The notes beneath the pieces were generated by a model. It did no database searches, had not been told where the DNA came from, and worked only from the letters and a program-made list of their open reading frames with translations. The position numbers and the translations under genes were made by a program. A stretch of 64,000 bases of DNA. Source: Octopus sinensis (Eukaryota). Of this stretch, positions 52,108 to 64,000 are shown one piece after another. Within the stretch, counting starts at the first letter, position 1. Each line of letters starts with the position of its first letter. Where the stretch lies: NCBI RefSeq assembly GCF_006345805.1, contig NC_043004.1:52080001-52144000 (forward strand), in the 5' to 3' direction.

Positions 52108-52466
52108 GGGAGCAATGGCGAAAATGGCCGATCTCGAGCATGCTTGAAGTGCCGATACCTTAAAAAACAAAAATAACACAAACTTCAGATACATATACAT
52201 ATGGCTGAAAGCAGGCTACTGAAAGAATATTAGAAGGATCTCACGTTAACTGTGATTTGGTTCCAATTTCTATCTCAAAGCAAAAAAATAAGCATTCTTC
52301 CTTCGTCAACACAATATAATGTATTGTGTTAACGTGAAGTCCTTTTAATATTCTTTCACTAGCCCGTTTTCAGACATATGTATATTAATCTGGCGGTTTT
52401 GTTAGTTTTTTGAAGGTATCGGCACTTCAAACATACTGAAGACAGGTCGGTTTCGCCCTTGCTCCC
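52108..52466. mobile_element. MITE with about 140-bp TIRs and TTAA flanks (Kolobok-like termini)
   Basis: TTAA|GGGAGCAA.GGCGAAA ... TTGCTCCC|TTAA. TGAAGTGCCGATACCTT is identical in both arms. Confidence 0.85.
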
Positions 52467-52579
52467 TTAATTTAATTATATACATGTTGTTATTAATTTA
52501 CATTATTTACATTTCACGGATATTTGTCCTCATCTTGTTTGTTGTTAACACAACAATTCGTCTGATATATCCTCCAGGC

Positions 52580-52605
52580 TTCATCATTATTATTATTATT
52601 ATTAC

Positions 52606-52653
<48 letters not shown>

Positions 52654-52714
52654 CATTATTATTATTATTATTATTATTATATTATTACCATTATTATCAT
52701 CATTATTATTATTA

Positions 52715-52749
<35 letters not shown>

Positions 52750-52778
52750 GATTATTATTATTATTACCATTATTATTA

Positions 52779-52864
<86 letters not shown>

Positions 52865-52900
52865 ATTATTATTATTATTATTATTATTGTTATTATTATT
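52580..52900. repeat. (TTA)n tract
   Basis: About 320 bp of interrupted TTA repeats. Confidence 0.95.
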
Positions 52901-53107
52901 CAGGTCACTGCCTGGAATGCAACTCGGAATCTTGGTGTTAGTAGCGCGGGCTACTAACATATATATATAAATATATATACACATACATTTATACATACAT
53001 ACATACAACATACATACATACATACATACATACATACATACATACATACATACAAACGTGCTCAAAAGCAGACATGCGCGCGCACGAACACACACACACC
53101 TATATAT

Positions 53108-53545
53108 TTACTGCGACGGATCGGCGTCTCGTCCAGTTGGGAAACCGGCCCCTTGTGAGCTAGGCATGCCACGTGAACGAACAAAGAACAACACATATTT
53201 ATTTATTTATTTATTTGTGGGCGCAGCTGCAGTTGTGTAACAAGAGGTATGCTTCCCAACCACAAGGTTCAATTTTCAGTCGTACTGTGTTGCACGTACA
53301 GCAAGTAGCTTCTTCTAGAGCTTCCGGCCGACAAGGTCGTCGTAGTTTCGATCCTTACACCGGATGGTGCGCTGCAGTTTTGAGGAAAACCACTTAATCC
53401 CACGTTCCTCTGTGATCACATTGACACCTAACCTGTGACACACCATACTCCTGTTCAGATTGCAGGGATTTTGATGGAGGTGGTGACCTACTGTGTAGCA
53501 CGTACGTTGGATCACTATGATCAAATGATTTGTGCAGGTCGTATT
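53108..53545 (+). mobile_element. Stack of old SINE fragments (D-like tail, B-like head, D-like head)
   Basis: GGCGTCTCGTCCAG..GGGAAACCGGCCC at 53122-53150; GGCGCAG..CTTCCCAACCAC from 53219; GTTTCGATCC..TTTTGAGGAAAACCACTT from 53345. Confidence 0.5.
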
Positions 53546-53588
53546 CGTACATATGTGTGTGTATGTGTGTGTGTACATGTGTATATGC

Positions 53589-53619
<31 letters not shown>

Positions 53620-53789
53620 TGTATGTATGTATGTATGTATGTATGTATGTGTGTGTGTCTTTGCGTTTGTGTTTGTCGAACAAAACCGTCGTGTGTGTGT
53701 TAATGTCCGCCTAATGCAGCACTTCAACAAAAACTGTTCGATACAAATAAAATGTGAGAGCGATTTTATTGATTACACATTACAGTAAT

Positions 53790-54547
53790 ATCAGGCACCG
53801 TCTTTGAGAAAAACAACACCATGACGCAATTCAATCTGCCAGAAATTCGGAAACGACATGCTGTACTGCTTGGCATTCGCGCGAGAAGCTCCAATATGAA
53901 CAGATGGTGAACACAGAACAACCGATGGCTTACTGTATTTCCAAAAATATGTACGGAGAGTGATAAAAATCAAACATCCTGTCAGCATCATGATGTTTGG
54001 AGTGATTACTAGTGATGGCAAAGTTATGCCTCCATTCATCTTCCCACACGGCCTCGTCCTCAACACAGAGGCCTACAACCAATGCCTGGAGGAAGTAGTA
54101 CTGCTCTGGATCAAGAGGGTGGCTGCTGGAAGACACTATATCTGGCAACAGGACTCTGCACTGTGCGACACAAGCAGGAGAACCCAGTCATGGTTGTCAG
54201 GCAATTTCTGTGACCACATCACACCTAACATCTGGCCACCTAACTCCCTTGACTGTAAACCACTTGATTATTATATGTGAGGGGCAGTTGAGTGTTGTTA
54301 CTCCAAAGATAAACTGAAGGTAAGGATTATGTCAGTATTCACAGTATTCAAAAGGAGACCATCCAGATGATGTTGCAGGAGATTACGAAGTCTTCTGGAA
54401 GCCGCGGTTTATGCCAATGGCAATTTTATTGACTAAATTTACTCTTTAGTATTTCAAGATATTTTAATGTAATATGGGTAAATATTAGACATCAGTGTTA
54501 TTTTTGTTTTTGCGTAATTTAGACAACAGTTTATTCATCGCACCCTG
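53790..54547 (+). mobile_element. Tc1/mariner superfamily DD37D (maT-like) transposase relic with right terminus
   Basis: ORF 53960-54280: KHPVSIMMFGVITSDG..WQQDSA..WPPNSLDCKPLDYY, with 37 residues between the second and third Asp. A TGA replaces the expected Trp. Terminus CACCCTG|TA. Confidence 0.88.
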
Positions 54548-54604
54548 TATATATAGAAACTAGACACAAACACACGCACACTCACTCACTCACACACACA
54601 CATA

Positions 54605-54641
<37 letters not shown>

Positions 54642-54994
54642 TTGTATGTGTGTGTGAGTGTATGAGTGCATGTTGCTTTTAATACATATCCCATGCTAGG
54701 TACGACCTTAAACTGAAGATATTTTTTGAAATAACTTAAGCATTGAAGTTATTTTGTTATTTAATTTTGTTGTTAGAATTCTCGTTCTTGTTGATGTTGT
54801 TACATCTTTTGTTTTGTGCATCACGTGACTGAATGATCGATGACCTTCTGACATCGTTTTCCTGGAAACTGCGGGTAATTTTTCTTCTACAATTTGTTTT
54901 TTTCCTCTTCATGCCGTCTTTGCTGGTGTCGCTGGCGTTGGTCGTTTTTGTCTCTAATTTTCATGCTGTTCAAAATAATCTCTAGATTCTTCCC

Positions 54995-55034
<40 letters not shown>

Positions 55035-55043
55035 ACTACTATA

Positions 55044-55089
<46 letters not shown>

Positions 55090-55149
55090 TGCTAGTGCTA
55101 GTGCTACTACGCTGCTGTGCTGCTACTACTACTATACTACTAAACTACT

Positions 55150-55192
<43 letters not shown>

Positions 55193-55320
55193 AGTGCTAG
55201 TGCTAGTGCTACTACTGCTGCTGCTGCTGCTACTACTACTACTACTACTACTACTATTACTTACTACAACAACAACAACAACAACAACTACTACTACTAC
55301 TACTACTGTAGTTGCTGTAT
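54995..55320. repeat. Compound (TAC)/(TGC)/(AAC) triplet microsatellite
   Basis: Directly visible; the poly-Leu/Tyr/Thr ORF is an artefact. Confidence 0.95.
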
Positions 55321-56865
55321 AGATTTTTATATATTAATTCTCACGTTCATATATAAGATATATGTGATTATGTAGTCATATATATCTATATAGATATACG
55401 CACATTTCTATACACATATATATCCGGTTACGTGGCTACGTGTGTGCGAGTGCGTGTTGTATATATATATATATGTAAAATTTATGTTGTTTACACTTGC
55501 TACATGAAAAAAAAAAAGAAAGTCGTTCAGCGTCATATCAATATCTGAGAACTTAATATATTCTTTCATTTCCTCTCAAATTCTCAAGCTTTTGCCGTAA
55601 GGTTGAAGCAGTTTGTTAATCGTAATAACAAACCATATTAATCGTATTTGTACTACAATAGGCTTTGCACGCATGCACACATGCGCTCGCACACATAAAA
55701 TACACGCACAGATACACACATGCACACACACACAACGATCAAACATACGCGTACACATACGCGCGCCCGCACACACACACATACACATGTATTTGTAAAG
55801 AATATTTGATACAAGCATTTGAAGAATTATTTTCTTGAATTGAAATTTATTAATTCTACAAAATATCCTACAAAAAACATAATGACACCATCTGTTTGGA
55901 ATAAAGACACCGGGAGATAAGCGTTTTCGCAGTTTTACTTCTTTAGACACTCATTATGGGGCCGTTGTATTTAGTAGTGGGCTTGATTATTTCTGGTTTT
56001 TGTTTCAGATTTATAATGCTTTACACCTTCGCCTCTCATGGGTTGATCATTTCCTTCCTATAATTTGAAAAAAGGAAAATTCTCTCTGGGGCATTTCTAA
56101 AAAAATTAATGTTTAATTTGTTGTTTATGTACTCAAACCCAATCTATTAATGATAATTCGTTATACTTCTCATTCTAATGTGAGCATTTGATATAGGTCA
56201 AAGGATTACTCGTTTTGAAATTCATGGTTTTTCATGAACCATAAAATGGACATCCTTATTGTAAAAGATTCTCTTGATTTTGTATGTTTTAAATATCTGG
56301 AATTACTATTCTGTAAAAATACATAACGGCAACATTTGGGGTTTAGAAATTTAAGGTAGAATTTAAGATTTAGAGTTTAATGCTAGAACTAATCCACGCG
56401 GGGATAGAGGTGTGTGTTGAATCAATTCAATTTGCAAAGAATTTCTTTTTGTAGGCTAGTAATCTATAATATTTAAACCATGCAATTCGTAAAATAAAAT
56501 TCTAAAAAGTAAAACAAAAGTATGAAAATACAGTTGATATGTCATGGAAGTTGCTTATTGCACAACAATATTTTCTAATTTACTTGCAAATGTTTCGTGT
56601 TGGTGTAATTCCAAATACGAAATTCTATTCGTCTAATCTGGCAGCTCTGCGATAATAGGAAAAAAATTAGTATTACCGAAAATGTGAACCTCTTTCCTCT
56701 CCTACCGTTATCATTTCAAGGATATGCAATGTTTTCTTCGTAGCATATCCCATATATAATGAATTCATAGGGTTGCAATCATTCTCTGTTGTAATAAATC
56801 CGAGCGACGCCAGAGACTTGTACACACACATAAAGACAACATATGCATGCTTTTTTATATTATAA

Positions 56866-57166
56866 CTAGCAGTATCGCCCGGCGTTGCTCGGGTTTTTAA
56901 GGAAAATAACTATATAAGCATTTTAGAGAGTTACGTCCCTTATATAATAGCAAAAACATGCATTAAAGATGGAGAAAAAGGATGGTAAATTTTTTTTTAA
57001 ATCGTAGACTCATCGTAGACGCGCGCTAATACCCAGAAGGGCTCGATATGAATCACGACTATAAGATACCCGCTTTTGTTTAAACTGCACCGCAAAATGT
57101 GGGAGTAGTTAGGAATCTAAATCGTAGGAGACAGACACCACACAACTTCAGTTTTATATATATAGA
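56866..57166 (-). mobile_element. Non-autonomous Helitron, 301 bp
   Basis: Minus strand begins TCTATATATATAAAA and ends with hairpin CCCGAGCAACGCCGGG about 8 nt before CTAG|T. Confidence 0.8.
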
Positions 57167-57379
57167 CGTTACATATAGTGGAATCAACGAGAGACCATGT
57201 ACGTGGGTCTTTTGCTCTGCATAAAATAGCTTCACTTTACACCTAACTCTTAGAAAAAATTCGATATTTCGAATAATGTAGTTCATCTATAGAGGTAATA
57301 AAAAAAAGGCAGGATGGCCATGCCTTCAACGTCTTTAGTAAGCGGTCTGGTGGACCAGGACTGATAGGGAAGTAAACCA

Positions 57380-58234
57380 CCATCACCACCACCACCACCA
57401 ACGTTAATACCACCATCATCATCACCACTACCATCACCACCATCACCACACCACCACCAATGCAATACTAACACCACCATCACCACCACCACCACCACCA
57501 CCACCACCACCACCATCGACACAACACCACCAGCAGCACCACCCACCGTCACCACCCACCGCCTCCACCACCACCACCGACACAATACCAGCACCACCCT
57601 CATCATCATTATCATCATCACTGCTACCGTTCACCAATCACTAACACAATACCACCACCACCACCAACACCATAATCACTATCAGTACCATCACCACCAC
57701 CACCCGCACCACCATCACCACCACCTTCACCACCACAAGCAACAACAACAACAACTGACAGCAATACAGATGTCACCATAATCATTGTTGATGTTAGGCT
57801 GTTTATATTAGTCACATTCGTGGTTCCGTGTTGTTGCTGCCATCTTACTTACTCTGTTTTTGATGCAGCTATTTATCTATAATTGTTGTTGTTGTTGTTG
57901 TTGTCGTTTGAGTGGAGTTGTTTTTCACGTTGATGTTGTTCCTACTGTTGTTGTTGTTGTTGTTATGGTTATATTCTTTTTTTCTCTTATTGACACCTGA
58001 CTACAATCAATACAAACGCATCAGAGAATTGACAAGCGGTCTGTTGTTGTTGTCGTTGTTGCTGTTATTTTTGAAGCGGATGAGGAGGAGAGAAAAGAGG
58101 AGGTGAAGTAGGAGGAGAGCGAGGTTGAGGAGGAGGTGGGTGAGGATGAGGAGGACGAGGATGAGGTTGAGTTTGACGTTGAGGAAGATGGGATTAAGGA
58201 CGATAATGACGACGATGAAGATGACGATGACAAT

Positions 58235-58265
<31 letters not shown>

Positions 58266-58274
58266 AGGACGAAG

Positions 58275-58318
<44 letters not shown>

Positions 58319-58520
58319 GATTATGATGATGATGCTGATGATGATGATGATGATTATGATGACGACGATGATGATGATGATGATGATGATGACGATGATG
58401 AGGATGTTGTGATTTATATTAATATAATTACTATCGCTGGTGCTCTTTTGTTACCGCTGCTGTTGTTATTGTTGTTGTTGTTGTTTTTCTTGTCGCCGTC
58501 GTCGTCATCGTTGTCATAGC
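57380..58520. repeat. (CAC)n, (TTG)n and (GAT/GAG)n low-complexity block
   Basis: Successive triplet tracts of alternating strand bias. Confidence 0.9.
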
Positions 58521-59464
58521 TGTCATTTAATATATATATACATTAAGAGCTTAAGCGTTTGTTCTTCATGCTGTTGGTTGTGTCATATTATCTGTGTTGT
58601 GTTCCTGTAGTTGTATATATATGTTATTATTCCCGTAGCTAATGACACATGCTTGCTGTTGTTGTTGTTGTTGTTGTTGTTACTATTATTATCGATATCC
58701 TCATCGTCGTTTTCGTTGTTGCCAGTGGTACTCATGTTCCTGTTCATGTCTTCTAATTTTCTTCTTATTGTTATAGTTGCATTGTTGCTATTGTTATCAT
58801 TCATATGATTGGTGTTACAAACATTGTCTTCGTTGTTGGTTGTTATTATTGCTATTACACTTATTACTTCTAATGTTGATATTGTTGTTCTATTTGTTTA
58901 TTATAGCAGTTAATCCGATATGTTCGTTGTTGTTGTTGTTGTTATCACCATTAGATGTGTTATTGTTATGGCTGTTGTTAATATATCTGATATTGTAGAT
59001 GTTATTTTTGTAGTTGTTGATACATTTTTGACGCCAATCCAGTTCGCTCGATAGAAACACTCTCTAAAACCGTGTGACAAGTTAGTTGTCACACCTCTCA
59101 AATCTTATGGGATAAAATGTGTGCCATACACATATTGACCTGATTTTAGTTCAGAGAGCTAAACCATCACGTGGTGCTGCACTCTTGCAGCTAAGATAAC
59201 AGTGAAATTCGATATAATTGCCAGTGTAGGTCGTGTACTTTAAGATCAGAGCAAGACCTAACCAAATCAAAAGGTATGGCTCTGTGCTTAAGAAGCTCGA
59301 TTTGTTACCAAATGGTTTCGTTTTCAGTTCTATTGCGTGCCACCCCTGGAGATTGGTGTCAACTATAACAACGGGCTAACGAATACCTCCTCAATTCAAT
59401 GAGAATGCAGTAAATGGAAATTGTGTGGAAGCCCGACACACACACACACACATATATATATATG

Positions 59465-59875
59465 AGTAAAAAGTAAGCAATATTTTGAAGCATGAAGTAT
59501 TTGTACGGTTATTTTGCAGAGATTTGAATTGCTTTAAAACATAATTTTGCAATTGTCTGATAATAAATGCATCAATAAATTGATATTGATACGTTTTTCA
59601 CCATTGTTACAATCATCTAAAGTAGAACTGTTAAAGCGCGATATTCGAGCAATTTTGCTATTCAACTTCAAAATAGGACGTAAAGCAGCTGAAACTGTGC
59701 CCGGAATCAAGGAAACGTTTGGTGAGAAAATAGTTTAAACGATTTCGCAGTAGATACCCTGAGCCTTGAAGATTGGGTGCGTGGTGAACACCCGTCTCTC
59801 ATCGATGACGGTTAATTAAAGAAAGTCATTGAAAAAGATCCAGGTAAAACCACTCGAGAACTGGAAAAAGCATAT
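59465..59875 (+). mobile_element. Mariner transposase N-terminal relic
   Basis: KRDIRAILLFNFKIGRKAAETVPGIKETFGE, then SLED..RG.HPSLIDD..LKKVIEKDPGKTTRELEK after a frameshift. Confidence 0.75.
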
Positions 59876-59938
59876 GTATAATGAGTTTTTAATATCACTG
59901 TGCCTAAGCGATATCATACATACAAATACATGTATTCG

Positions 59939-60015
<77 letters not shown>

Positions 60016-60054
60016 TATGAGGTATTTAGTATATGTATTTGATGTATATATATC

Positions 60055-60089
<35 letters not shown>

Positions 60090-60399
60090 GTTGTATGTAT
60101 GTATGTATGTATGTATGTATATACGTGTGTGTGTGAGAAGGTGAGGTGTGGCATGCCAGAGAGATACTTTACCCAAGTGATGTATGTCCTGCATATCAAT
60201 TTAGAGTCACAAAATATAATGAAAGTTACAAAAAATACAAAATATTAATGATAATGCTAGTAGTTACAAAATTAAAATGGACAATAAGCACGGTTTAAAA
60301 AGTTTCTCACGTCATTCATATCTGAAATTAATTCAAATTTATGGATATAAATATATTTAAACATAAAATACATATATACAGCTATAATTGCGTAAAACA

Positions 60400-61330
60400 G
60401 AATTCCATAAAACAGTAGTCCAATATTGGTCTCTCTAGAGATTTGATGATGTTCAATAACAGATAAGATGTGATGCGTTTCATGGTTTCGAATCGGAACT
60501 ATAAAATTCTCTTCTGATGCAGTTTAGCAGTATATACATGTATAAATATGCGATATTGAGACCGAAAATTCATTGTAACTTCAAGTTTTTATATGTTGTT
60601 CATCAGATGATGCATTGTTTATTCATCATCAGAAGGTGTAGTAAAACATGCCTTGGTGTTTGTTTTAAATGTATGCATCTATAGCGAAGTTAACACGATG
60701 CCATGTTATTGTTTGTCCAAAGATACTGGCCATGTTCTTTTGTAAACTAATAAACTAGTCTAGGTATTTATCGTCTAATCATTATATCACGAAAGCTAAT
60801 TTCCTTCCGCGTCAATTCTAATGAACGTAAGACTTTTCCGAACCAGATTATACTTGATTGTACTCAGACAGTGTTTTCTTTACCCTTCTGTAAATGTCTT
60901 CTTCAGCCGACCTCTCATGCTTGCTACTCATAGAAGCTCGTCTGTGCGTCACTACAGAGTTACATTAATTTCCTGAAATGACAATTGCAAAATCGAATTG
61001 CCAGACACACAAGTTGATTCATCTAGAGCTAGAAAAAACAATTAGAAATTTTGTGCGTTTTTATTTAATTGGCATATAATGTTACCTTCTTTGTTTTCGA
61101 CTTTCCTAATTGCAGTCTCTGCAGATAGTTTAATATTCTCATTAAGCATATTGCTTTTACATACATCTTCACCAGTTGTTATCATACATTTACTTAATCC
61201 TGCTTCAACAACTAGTTTTCTTTCTTAACCACGAAATAAGCTAATCTTAAACTAGATTCATTTGTTGCTTCATTCGTAGCAAATTATCTGAGTGAAAAAT
61301 TTAATCTTTTCATAAAACACTGTTTCATGT
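60400..61330 (-). mobile_element. hAT (Buster/SPIN/GTF2IRD2-like) transposase relic
   Basis: Minus translation IKLSAETAIRKVENKEGNIICQLNKNAQNF*LFFLALDESTCVS...TDELL*VASMRG resembles the SLSxxTVxRRI...FSLALDEST...EELL catalytic segment. Confidence 0.8.
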
Positions 61331-61789
61331 CCTCATGTTTCCTTTTAGGTCGCTTTCTTGTTAGATAAAAATAATGAGATGCTTCCTTTGGTAATATTTA
61401 TTATATTTGTTTTAGCAATAATCTTGCGTCATAATATTTCATCCACCCATGTTGTTTAAAACGGGACATTCTCAGTCAATTTTTTAAACGTCTTGTGACA
61501 TTATGAACACACATGTGTGCACTCATACGTATGAATGCGTTTATACAAAAACAAACAGGCACAAACATATATGCTTGATATAGATGACTCGTGTTAATAC
61601 ACGAGTTATTACAAGGACAGTAAACTAGAGTAGTATATGTGTTTCAAATCATAACAACGATAAAAATAAAGATTCTACATAAGACGAGTTGCAGAGTTTA
61701 TATGTGGATATATAAGGTGAAATGTTGTGATTTTTGAAGAAAATATCTTTACTTATATAAGTGACATGAAGAAAATTACTTTCAGAAGT

Positions 61790-61930
61790 GTATTTTTCAG
61801 TCAGTTTAAAAGAGTCGTGTTAGATAAGACAGTTAAAAATGTAAATGGACAAACATCTGATCCATATGAGTCCTGCTTTGAAAAATGTTACGGCAGAAAT
61901 GATGAGATCAAACAGCTGCTCAAACTACCA
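61790..61930 (+). mobile_element. Second, opposite-strand hAT (Buster/Charlie-like) fragment
   Basis: VVLDKTVKNVN..TSDPYESCFEK..EIKQLL resembles VLDEVVKIVN..SRPLNSRLF..EHKQLL. Confidence 0.45.
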
Positions 61931-62717
61931 GCGACCGAATATAAGTGAATATGGCTACAACATTTCCATTTAAATGCCGTTAAGGTTTGTATAACGAAAC
62001 AACAATGTGACAGCATACAAGCAGAATTCAATTGTGCTGTTATTACATATTTTAATGCTTAAACACATTGCCAGCGTAGTGTAATTTGAAGAGAAGGATA
62101 TCTTTTGCTAGTTTTGCTTTATAGAGCCAAATTGAGTAACAAACCATAGGTCAATCATTAGCACTTATAAATCGCAGCGCAAAATTACAAATGTGACCTA
62201 CTGGTGAAAAAGAGCTCATGTACATTTAATAACCTGTAAAAAGATGTATGCCGTGTATAACATATCATGCGGTGAAAAGCGATAAAGAAATTATAACTGG
62301 GATAAATGGGAGCGCATGCGGTTTCGATGTAGGTTGGTGACAATTCATAATTCAAGTTAACTACATTTAGGAACAGTGGATATCGAAGCACATAAAGGTA
62401 TAAATGAAACGATGGACATGTTGGAACAGAAAATACCGTTTCGATATGCTGGTCTATTAATTAAATCTAGTCCGTCGAAAAAACTTACGTATTATTTCTT
62501 CCAAGTAAGGGATGATATTATAATATTCTTTGTACATTGTCCGTTGTTACCATTCCATCGTCTATATTCCAAGATTTAATTAGAAAAGACTACTTAGTAT
62601 TGGAGACGAATAGGACATTTTAAACATTCTCTGCATGAGTTATATCGGTATCTATTTCTGTCCCCTTCCTCCTTTCTCTCAATCTCTTTCTCTCTCTCTC
62701 TCTTTCTATATATATAT

Positions 62718-62774
<57 letters not shown>

Positions 62775-62995
62775 TCTTCTGGGTACTATATATATATATA
62801 GCAATAATAAATCTCTGGGCGAGAGGCAACACGACATCCTGAAGTATATTTGCCACCTAAAAGTGGCTGAAACATATGGGACGATGCTATTGTAGTTTAT
62901 AGCCCCAGGAAGACACCTCTCCAGCGAGTTAATGACACTGTCTGTGACCGATCAGTATTTGCGAAGAGAAATCATCGTACCCACTGTATGTGTTT

Positions 62996-63050
<55 letters not shown>

Positions 63051-63051
63051 G

Positions 63052-63103
<52 letters not shown>

Positions 63104-63190
63104 ACATATCAGTTCACCTTCATTTCTCTTTACCTCGTCGACCTACTCCTCTCCCCACCTATCTCTAATCTCTCTCTCTCTCTCTCTGTA

Positions 63191-63221
<31 letters not shown>

Positions 63222-63677
63222 GCATAAGTATATGTGTGTGTCCAAGCGGCGTGTGTCCTTGTGCCTGTGTTCGTCCTCTACGGCCGCTTGACAACTGACG
63301 AATGGCTTTCGCACACATACACAAATATACACGCAACTAATAGTTGTCTGTGTGCTTTTGTGTGTGTCTGCGCCAATAGCCTTCGTATGTGTGCGGATGC
63401 GTGTGTATGTGTACGGGCTAGTAACTTACACTTATCTATCTGCGTCTGTCTCTCTGCTTGTCCCTGACGTGCAAACACTTTTATCATCCCGTTTCCAGAG
63501 AGTAATACGCTATTTACACCTCAGGAATTTCGCGTTAGCACTATAATACGATTGATAAAAAACATTATGTCATTGCATGGCACTTCAAAACATTAAGGGT
63601 TTGCACTGTTTATCCACACGAAATTTTATTATACGCCTATGGAAAATAAATGACAAAGTCAATTAATGTATGCATTA

Positions 63678-64000
63678 TGGCAGAATCGGTAACACATCAG
63701 GTAACATGCTTTGACGTTATGAGTTCAAATTCCACCAAGGTCACCTTTGTATTTCCTCATTTAGGGGGGGGGGTAAAATAAGTACCTGTCGAGCACTGGA
63801 CTCAATGTAATCAATTCACGCCCTCACCCCGAAGTTGCTGGCCTTGTGTCAAATCTTGAAAGCAATATGTCATACCCCTTGAAGGCAGCAAGTTGGCTTT
63901 GCGTACATCTCCACTTTCTCAGTTGAAATTCAGCAGAGGTTGACTTTGCCATTCTTCCTTTCGAAGTCGTTAAAATACGCACCAGTTGATCCAATGCGTC
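63678..64000 (+). mobile_element. Two consecutive degraded type C SINEs
   Basis: GAGTTCAAATTCCACCAAGGTCACCTTTG..AAGTACC..GCACTGG (63678-63868), then GAGGTTGACTTTGCC..CCTTTCG, running off the window end. Confidence 0.75.

Noticed and set aside
58136-58519. Asp/Glu-rich ORF as an acidic biomineral-type protein
   Set aside because: It lies within a (GAT)n/(GAG)n block bordered by other triplet tracts, starts at GTG, and has no signal peptide or splice support.
62371-62504. Cathepsin A / serine carboxypeptidase exon
   Set aside because: The resemblance covers only ~25 aa, and no downstream LWLNGGPGCSS exon was found in the remaining window.

Overview
AT-rich, microsatellite-saturated eukaryotic DNA with one 100-N gap. 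It is very probably an octopus genome, inferred from repeated tRNA-derived SINEs resembling the octopus OK/OR1/OR2 families. I can identify no complete host gene, rRNA, true tRNA or CRISPR array, and almost all supplied ORFs are translations of simple repeats. The window holds about 25 SINE copies of four sequence types (A-D, my labels). It also has decayed RLE-type non-LTR retrotransposons (R4/Dong/HERO-like) tied to (TAA)n tracts, Penelope-like RT/GIY-YIG relics, mariner/maT/hAT relics, MITEs, and Helitron/HINE-like elements. The most notable signal is a set of type I hammerhead-ribozyme-like motifs, including a ~300-bp head-to-head palindrome whose two arms carry complementary halves of an intact ribozyme consensus. 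Next are a signal-peptide exon with a tentative 3-exon, 103-aa secreted-protein model, and an isolated Cys-rich candidate exon. Repeat boundaries are read by eye (about +/-10-20 bp), and family names need database confirmation.
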